From: Chrysomallon squamiferum
Lineage: Eukaryota > Animalia > Mollusca
Direction of reading: 5' to 3'
Length of the DNA stretch: 64,000 nucleotides
Assembly (NCBI GenBank): GCA_012295275.1
Contig: CM022669.1
Coordinates: forward strand, 3,286,001 to 3,350,000
Below are positions 54,399-64,000 of this stretch, one piece after another (within the stretch, counting starts at the first letter, position 1; every line of letters begins with the position of its first letter). The notes beneath the pieces were generated by a model. That model did no database searches, was not told the origin of the DNA, and saw only the letters and a list, made by a program, of their open reading frames with translations. The translations under genes and the position numbers were made by a program.

Positions 54399-54681
54399 AA
54401 TAATAATAATAATAATTAGAAATTAATGAAGTTCATAAGAATTATTAAATAGCAGTTAAGTATTACAAATCTGCACTGTATTTCTTTTAAATCTTAATAT
54501 AAATTTAAATATTTCTTAAATATAGTGAGAAAACTTTGTATATATATATTTTTAGCATTTTTTGTTTGTGCTAACATTTTTTGTTTTGAAAGTTTTATGA
54601 AGCTATTCATTACGTAAATGTTGTAAGAACAAACACACACACACACACACGCACACACACACACACACACACGCACGCACG

Positions 54682-54746
<65 letters not shown>

Positions 54747-54876
54747 AGAGAGATAAATATGTTGAAAGAAAAAAATTATTATATTATTCGAGGATAATAT
54801 TTAAATCTCAATTATAAATCAAATTTAAAAAAAAGACTAAAAAAAAATAAAATAAAAAGGTAAATAAATATAAATA

Positions 54877-54907
<31 letters not shown>

Positions 54908-55235
54908 ATACTAACGTCTCCAAAAAGTACTATTAGATAAGTAAATAAACACAAAAAAACCTACTGATGATTACATTTGTAATAATAATAATAATCAAGA
55001 AATGTCTTTAACAACGTAAGAAATCAACAATAACACTGTTAATCACCCTGCATTATAATTACAAACAATCACTCAGCCATTTGAAACGATAAGCTTATAT
55101 CCATAGGAGGCTGAAGCATACAAGTCTTGGGCGTCTGTACGAGGAGCGGTTAAACCAATATTGTATTTATGTGTTATAACAGTAGAATCTGCGAAAATAA
55201 TTATCAGTGATTATGCTCTTCTTGAAATTATTTCT

Positions 55236-55283
55236 GGGATTTGAACCCTGTACCTCTAATTCTGTACCACTGCTTCACAGAGG
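55236..55283 (-). mobile_element. Possible tRNA-derived SINE head relic
   Basis: Minus strand has a B-box GGTTCAAATCC with a degenerate A-box (tgaagcagtgg) upstream. Spacing is too short for an intact tRNA. Confidence 0.3.
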
Positions 55284-55823
55284 TAGATAATTAAAGAACG
55301 ACCCCAGTGAGTACGGAGTGTGGAAACGTGTGCAGAGTGAAGCCAATAACGCACTGATGAAGTTAACTTGCCCCTTTAAGACGCGACTGCCTGCCGTCTT
55401 CCACGTTGGCGTACGCCGTTGTGTATCGTTCTCACTGCCACCCCCACCGTTCGACTTTCAAAGAGACATGATGTCGTCTTGGAAAGGAACACGTCTACCA
55501 CGACGCAGTCCCGCATGTGACAAAGGGGACAATGCGGTAATCAGCAACCCCGCGAAGAACGACAAAGGCAACGCGAGGCGGTTTGTTCGTGTGAAGGTTT
55601 TGAACTAGTCGGGCTGAATTGTAACTGAACTGTTTTTAGTTACTTTTTTATTATTTATTTTTTAAAAATTTCTTTTTAAAAAAAGTTAAAAATTAAAAAT
55701 TAAATATAATAATAAATAAATAAATAACAAATTAAATTTCTTTAATTTTTTTAGTAGGAGTTTATAAAATAAAACACGGAACATTTTGTAATATTTTAGT
55801 GTGAAAGTAACTGAGCTAATTCT

Positions 55824-55883
<60 letters not shown>

Positions 55884-56389
55884 CTGCATTATCATCTTTA
55901 TCTTGTTTATTCAAATTTAATTTCATGGTTTTAAAACAATGAAAATGATAAATAAATAATTGATAATAATAATATGATGATGATAATAATAATAATAATA
56001 ATAGTTATAATAATAATAATAAAGATGATAATGATAAATAATAATAATAATGTAATGATAATGTAATTATAATAATAATAGTAATAATTATAATTATTAT
56101 TACTATTATTATTATTATTAAAAAAATGAAAATAATGATAAATAACATATTAAGCGAGCAAATAATATTAATAAAATGTAAAATAAGTTTATTAAATATA
56201 TACTTTTAATATGAAATGCTTGCAAATAAATGTATATATAATAGTAAATATTCATGTTTATAAATATATTAAGTAGCATAATTATATTTATTAAATCATA
56301 CATGAATTAAGAATCCAAAACCGAATAATATTTCTTAATTTTTATTTGAAAAATTATATATACTTAATAAATAAATAAATAAATAAATA

Positions 56390-56425
<36 letters not shown>

Positions 56426-57975
56426 AAAAGGACGGAAAGATATTTTTTAAAACCCCCAAATATCAATAAAATTATATCGATTATTTATTTATTTATTTAT
56501 TTATAACGATTAAAACCAAAAAATATTAATAATGAAGATAATAAAAACAGTTGTTATTTTTCTTCTTTTCAATTCTGAATAATATATAACATCATTAATA
56601 TAGCAAAGAAAATGGACTATTATGCACATAACACACAAAATAATGTTTAATAATAAACGTTCATGATTAAAATAAGAAACAATCCAACTAGCTCAGCTCA
56701 ATATTTATTTTAAATTATTATTTTTGAAAAGTAAAAAGGGAAAAAAAAAACGAAAAAGAAAATCATTTCTTAACTGACTTTCTAAGTAACAAAAGAAACT
56801 ATTCCTTAAGGAAATCATACTTAAAATTTTATTTCGTCTAATTAATTTTCATTTAAAATAAAAACGTACGTCTAAATGCTGTGTTGCTTTTTAAAAACTG
56901 AATCATAATTTGGTTTTTATTTAACAGGTACTCAAATACACATCTGTGTGTCATTATGGTGCGACATTTCGAGAATGAAAGTCAAGCAAAATCGTACTGA
57001 ATGCCCGATCTAGCCACATGTATTCACAAAGCGTACTTGTCGGTACGGTACTGCAGTTTAAACAGACACAAATGTTATTATAGTCTGAAATGAAACACAG
57101 CACTGTGTGTGTTTATGTGTGAGTGTATGTACATGTGTGTATGTATGTATGTATGTATGTATGAATATATGTAGTATGTATGTACGTATGTATGTATGTA
57201 TATGTCATGATTTGAAGATTCTCTGTCTTATGTATGTATATGCATGTATTATAAGTATGCATGTATGTATGAATATTATTATAATCTAAACAGTTGGTCA
57301 GAATTAAAACATAAACTTGTTCTGTGTTTGTGTGTGTGTATGTATATGTATAAGTATGTATGTATGAATGTATGTACGCACGGATCTGCATATCTGTGTA
57401 CGTATATTCATGCATGTGTATGTCTGTTTTAATGTTTTAATGAATATTTGATGTGTGTATAATTATACATATATGTTTATGAGTATGTGAGCAGGAACAT
57501 TTGTGCGCTACAAAAATCCTACTCTCATCAATATAATAGCTAATAATGTATATGAACTGCACCATAAATAATTTATGAAAGAGTAGAAATTCTTGAAAAT
57601 ATTTCAAAGAGGAAACAGCATCACACAAACGTAAGGATACCGATGTACTTATTTCATAAATGTCACTTTCGTTTCATAAAATATCATATACAGTGTTTGA
57701 ATTTTGCAGTTGCCGTAAAAGTGTACGTCATCACATGCAAATAAAAGTCATTATTTTCTAATCACAGCAGACTACTGTTTGACATATTTCTTTTTGTATA
57801 CATCTCTCGGTGCCTCAATAAAAGTATATGACGTCATAATGATGCAATAAACTGATAAACCCATTTAGACTGCTCAGAAACACCTATGGATTATGTTGTT
57901 GTTGTTTTTCATTATTCCACAATAGTAACATTAATTTTATTTTCAGGATTTAAATGGTTTATGCAAATGTTTTTT

Positions 57976-58030
<55 letters not shown>

Positions 58031-61000
58031 CATAATCATAATCATAATAATAATAACAGTTACTGCTACTATTTCTACTTTTACAACTACTACTGCTACT
58101 ACTGCCACTACTACTACTGCAACTATTTCTAATTTTCCTACTATTACTACTAAAAAGAAGAAAAGTAAATTGTTGCTGTTGCTACTTATTACCATTCTTA
58201 ATGTCGTCATCATCATTGTCGTCGTCATCACTAAATACTTTTATTATTATTACTTTTTAAAATTTTAAAACGAAATTCTGACGCATTTAACAATCCTTCT
58301 AAACTAGCAATAAAAGAAGCCTATCCTGGCTTTAACGTGTTTTGTGCATGCACTGTACTAAGTCGCTGATTAATCAATGGCGAGGTTTGACATTGAAACA
58401 AAAATGTAAAGCCATTAGAAATTAATTAAGAAAGGTTAAGATTATTAAACGGATATCTCCCAAACGACGACAAAGCCTTCAGATTCTATTAAAGCTTTTC
58501 AAAGAGAAAATCACGAAAGCTTATTGTTCGTTGAACAAGTTGACATATTTCTAAAACGGAATTGTTCTCAATGACTTAATTTCATTCCCACACTACGGCA
58601 GCTTATGAACGGACCGGACAATGGACACGGGCAACAATTTGCTTTTAATTACGACTGCAAAAGAAATAATCCAATACAACCGTTTCTTAATTTCCTGGGA
58701 AATCGGAACGGCGTGTTATGTCTTCGGGGAAAATCTAGGGGGGTCGGAGGAAATTAAACGGCACAAACCCAATAATCAGTGGGAGAAATTTACAAGGAAT
58801 TAACGCCGCGTGAAATGAGTTATCAAGCGATATATTCTTTCTGTTGCCAGTCGCTAATCGTTCGTATGCAACAAAGACCATTAAGCTAACGCGGAACGCA
58901 AAATGCTGTTTTATTAATAAGAATCAGCAGCGAATGCAAGCAAAAAGACAGTCGTTAAGATGGTAGAATGTCTGGTTTGTGTCAGAACAGAAGATAAATT
59001 ATTCTATGCTCAATACAACGACCAGTCATATAGATCACTGAATTCATTTGTCACTCATGGTTAAATTTCTTTCTAGAAGAATTAACAATAACAACAAAAA
59101 TAACAATAGTAGCAATGCTGAAGAAACTCTAATGCTGCAAGATTTATTCATTCATTCATTCATTCGTTCGTTCGTTCATTCTTTCGTTCTCATTTCAATT
59201 CGTTTATATTTAAGTAAGAAATTAAAATCAAAGATTTATCTCCCGATATGTTATAGATTATTCTAATTTGACTTCTTTGAAAGTTTCCATCATCTGAAAC
59301 CTGCATCTGAATGATGAACTTTTGTGAAATATTCAAAATCCAATTTTTTTTCTTATGAAATGTAGCATCTATGTCTCTGTATCTGCACATTCAGATACAT
59401 ACAAACACACACACATACCTGCATACTTACAAACATAGATTCAGAGGCTTATATATACCTAGGTATGTGTATGTGCATATATGTATTTCTGTGTTTGTGT
59501 ATGTGTGTTTCACTATTTAAAATTATAAATTATAAATCTAAGTTATCGAAGTTACACAAAGTCTTTGTATGTGTCTGCCAAGATAAATAAATACGTATGA
59601 ATGTACTGTTTTTGTTTTGTGTACATTTTTAAAACTAAGTCAATACTATTCTTGTTATGTGTATCTGTACAAAGACCCAAGCATTTTATATCCGTGAATT
59701 AATCAAGTCAGTGATAATGACGGTTGTCTAATGTTTGTTTTCCGTGTGTCAGCTTAACTCTTGGTTTCTAAGTCTTCGGCGTTTCCTCCACCGCAAGAGA
59801 TAATAGAGACACAGAGCGAGCACTTTGGCGACTCCGCTAGGAAAAATTCCGGTGTTTTTCAATTTGTTTTCCAGGCTAATTTTTCGTTGATACATCTGTC
59901 CGCAATCTCTCTAAATGACTTGCTCTGATTTTTTTTCGCACTTTCAAGATTTGCTCCCAGCACGTTCTGTGTTTGATGACAGAGTGACAGACACACGCCG
60001 CGGCCTCTTAAACACGGTTCATTTTCATCAAATGACTTCGTTGGAAATGAGGAATTATACGTGTACAGGCACACAGCCAGCCACTGAAGGCCACTCTGTG
60101 ATTAGAAAACATTGCCGTTATTACACACAATTATAAGGAGATGGGAGACGGGGAAGGAAAAGGAGGGGAGTGTTTCAGCGCCGGCGACGCTGTTATTAAA
60201 CAGGCAAGGGCAGTAATTTGGGGAAATTAAGTGACAGTTTGCCGTTTCGACTCTTCTGTGTGTCCCTCGCTTAACCGGAAATTGGCGCGGAGCAAATTAG
60301 ACCGGAAGCCGAGTTGTAAAGAGCACGCGCTTCTCGCCGCCAGACGACCAGTTGATGGAGACAGACGTGACTTTCTCTGTATGTTTATTTGGCGCCAATT
60401 TTCAACGAAAACATGGCTATTTCACATCATTTGTCCGCTAAATATCTCTGCTCGGTAATTATGAAGTAAGTAAAGTTAAAAGCCTTGGTTAAACAGAACG
60501 CCACTGTCCAGAATCGTTATACATATCCTGTCTAGCACTAATATCAGTTATTGTATATCGATTTTAGTTTTTCGTTTGTTTTTAAATTATAGTTGTATGT
60601 ATATTTTTTAATACTGATGGTCTAGAAAATATGATACATTACGTAATAAATATTTAAAACATATCTCTGAAATAAATCCGATATATTTCAATGCCAGAAT
60701 TAGTTCTTTTAGCAAAGGTAGACATTTATGACGTTAATAACGGTTTCTATATCAGTGAGACACAGAGATAATATCATGTTTGACTTTAGAAAGCAAATAA
60801 GCGATTAAAACCTTAATACCAACAAATAACAGAATCATCGATCAAACATTGCCTATATTTTGGCACTGATCTATGTACAGATATACAATGTATGTCATTT
60901 GGCAGCCAGAGATATTAACACTATCTGTAAGCTTCAAGCACATTTTTGCATCCTGGGAAGCCGACTTCTAATTACAATGGCTTTAACGCCGCTTGAAATG

Positions 61001-61644
61001 CCTGAATTTTCAACAAAGTATATGAATGGCGGAAATTATCACATGGTTTTATCGTATTAAATAGCAAGATCGGTTTTTGATAGCGACTTCACTAATATTC
61101 CCTTCCTCGCTTTCTGATAAAGCGGTGGTGACGCTAGCTACAAGGCCTTACCCCTCGTGGAGCGAGATCACGCGAGATCTCGGAGAAGCGAGAAAAAACA
61201 GACGTGAACGCGAGATTACAAGTCATTATTCTGTGAATGGCCCTGGAATACAGTGAGTGTGTTTCCACAGAAAAAAAATAAAAAATGAAAAAAAAGTTCG
61301 TCGGAGATATGCGCCTTAGAAACTGGCACCATGCTATGTAGTTATATCTTATCAATATAAATGATAGCGATGTCTGTCACACCAGAAAATTTATGATCGT
61401 CATCGTTTGATAACTAATACATGCGATACATCTACTCCACAAAGTTCATTAAAACAAATCGTACAAATAGCGATATGGCGGACAATTGTCTTGTGTTGTC
61501 TATTTTTGTGGTTTGAAAATAGAACTGAATTAACATAAATTATCATTATAACTGTCTTGATGTTTAATGTTAGGAATATAAACATTGATAAACACCGTAA
61601 TAGAAAACAGAATGTGACAATGTTATTTACGAAATCTATTACCA

Positions 61645-61692
<48 letters not shown>

Positions 61693-61856
61693 GTATATAT
61701 ATATATATATATTCATATGTGCGTGTGTATGTATGTATATGTTGTGTGTATGTATGTATGTATGTATGTATGTATGTATGTATGTATGTATGTATGTATG
61801 TATGTATGTATGTATGTATGTGTATGTGTGTGTGTATGTATATATACAAAAAAGAA

Positions 61857-61861
<5 letters not shown>

Positions 61862-61945
<84 letters not shown>
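61862..61945. repeat. (AG)n microsatellite
   Basis: Perfect AG run. Confidence 0.98.
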
Positions 61946-61947
<2 letters not shown>

Positions 61948-62112
61948 GATAGCTGAAGAGAGAGAAAAACGAGAAAGAAAATGAAATTATAATAATACGT
62001 TAGTGCCTTTATAAATCAAACACGTAACAGTATTCAGTATACACAAATATTCACACACGTATATAAATATTAATATTAGCTACGTTCAAACATAAAACAA
62101 GTAAAAACTTAC

Positions 62113-62387
62113 TTTATCCTGCTGCTGCTGAATCTGCTTCATAAGTATGCTCCTCTTCTTGTCCTTGCACCGTTTATTTTGAAACCACACCCTAATGACC
62201 CGCGGGGACAGGTTGGTCATCTCTACTAACTGTTCTTTCATCAACGCGTCCGGCCTGGGGTTAGCGTTATAACACGTCCTCAGAGTGTGTAACTGTTTTT
62301 CGTTCAGCACTGTGCGAACACGCGTCGTTTTGTGATCCGATTTATGAAGACTTGGTCGCGTTTTCGTACCGGCCTGTTCAGCCCTCC
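62113..62387 (-). CDS. Isl: Islet (ISL1/2, tailup orthologue) LIM-class homeodomain exon
   Basis: Encodes [82 protein letters not shown], the diagnostic Islet homeodomain. Acceptor ttttgaag at 62389-62388 (phase 1); donor AAA|GTAAGT at 62112 (phase 0). Confidence 0.98.
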
Positions 62388-62430
62388 CTTCAAAACAAAT
62401 ACAAGTACATGTGAGTATGTGATGTACGTT

Positions 62431-62935
62431 CATACATACATACATACAAACATACACACACACACATACATTCATACATACATACACACACACACACATA
62501 CATACATACATACATACATACATACATACATACATACATACACACACATACATACATACATACATACACACACACACATACATACATACATACACACACA
62601 TACATACATACATACACACATACACACATACATACATACATACATACATACATACATACATACATACATACATACACACATACATACATACATACACACA
62701 TACATACACACACATACATACACACACATACATACATACATACATACATATATACATACACACATACATACATACATAATACATACTTCATACATAATAC
62801 ATACAAATACATATATGAATACATGCACACATTCATACATACATACATACATATATATATATATATACACACATATACATACATACATACATAGTCATAT
62901 ACACACATACACATATATATATATATATATATACA
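62431..62935. repeat. Compound (TACA)n/(CA)n/(TA)n microsatellite, about 500 bp
   Basis: Begins about 45 nt upstream of the homeodomain exon acceptor; source of the MYVC/HTYI pseudo-ORFs. Confidence 0.97.
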
Positions 62936-63271
62936 TATTTAAAATCATATATATATAGAATAAATAAAAAATATTTCAATAACATATAAAAATGAAAAGA
63001 ACCAAATTATAAAGTATGAAGAAAATGTTTGAATAAAGAAAAAACATTTAAAAAAATATGTTGTAAAATGCAATTAAATATCTAAAAATAAATATTTCGA
63101 AAATATATAATGTGTAGTAAACTTTAAATAGATATCTAAATATTTAATATAATAATAGATTTGATCATACATAATTAATCTTTAGAAGATATGTAATAAA
63201 AGAAAATTTCAAACGAATATCTATAAACTACTAAATATCAAGTCTGAGAAGACAAAACAATATACAAAATA

Positions 63272-63322
<51 letters not shown>

Positions 63323-64000
63323 AGTATGAAGTAAAACTGGTTGCACAAAACCATAATAAAATTTCTGAATATTCTAAATTTTCTTGATATATTACATAAA
63401 TTAAATTTGAATAAATTATTTATAAAAATACATAATGTAAATAAAAAGTAATAATAATGAAATTTAAAAAGTAAAAAAAAAAAAAAAAAAGTAAATAAAA
63501 TCCCTGTCGATGAAATAAACGCTTAGAATTTGTTTAATATATATATAAAAAATTAATGTTATAAATAAACGAGATAAAGTTTAGAAAATATAAAATATAA
63601 AATATACTGTATAAATTTTAAATAAATTTGGCTTTTTAAATAGATTTAAAAATATTTATAAAACACAGATAATGCATGCATTTTGTTGTTATGCTTGTTT
63701 TGTTGATCAAATATATTTTGAGGAAACTGAAGATTTTGTGTGGCTGATAAGATACGTTTATTTATTTATTTGTATATTTTTTTTTTTTTTTTTTTTTTTT
63801 TTAAATGTTTGTTTAAATGTTGTTTATTAAATACTTTATTTTTCATTCATATGTTCATTCACCCTGAAGACAATTTTATATTAACAATCATTTTAAATAA
63901 ATAATTAAATAAATAAATAAATATATAAATTGCGGTTGATAATAATGTAATACAACCATTCTATGTTATACAAGCAGTTACAAAAGACTGATATATAAGG

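Noticed and set aside
62086-62784. 232-aa ORF as a single-exon homeobox protein with an MYVC-repeat N-terminus
   Set aside because: Only 62113-62387 is exon. The N-terminal part is translated microsatellite and the tail after DK is intron (GTAAGT donor).

Overview
AT-rich, microsatellite-dense animal genomic DNA, probably lophotrochozoan and mollusc-like (inferred from composition and protein similarity only). The window holds the 3' ends of two convergent genes. On the + strand are the last two coding exons of a SCAPER orthologue (1824-1890, 4440-4561; C-terminal motif MSLASRFPPSEWTAAQDYF). On the - strand are the last three coding exons of the LIM-homeobox gene Islet: homeodomain exon 62113-62387, Lhx3-binding-domain exon 52450-52638 and terminal exon 48533-48697. 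The LIM exons lie beyond the window. This is the ancient Islet-Scaper microsyntenic pair, separated here by about 44 kb stop-to-stop with no recognisable coding sequence. That interval alternates short CpG-rich unique islands with microsatellite spacers. Notable signals: an abrupt CpG-depleted to CpG-rich switch near 7.3 kb; CTCF-like motifs, one inside Islet coding sequence; a candidate Isl1-beta-like alternative acceptor; an in-frame intron read-through; an intronic hairpin; and motif clusters in the Islet 3'UTR. Nearly all ORFs in the supplied track are microsatellite artefacts. I found no tRNA, rRNA, recognisable miRNA, CRISPR array or autonomous transposon.
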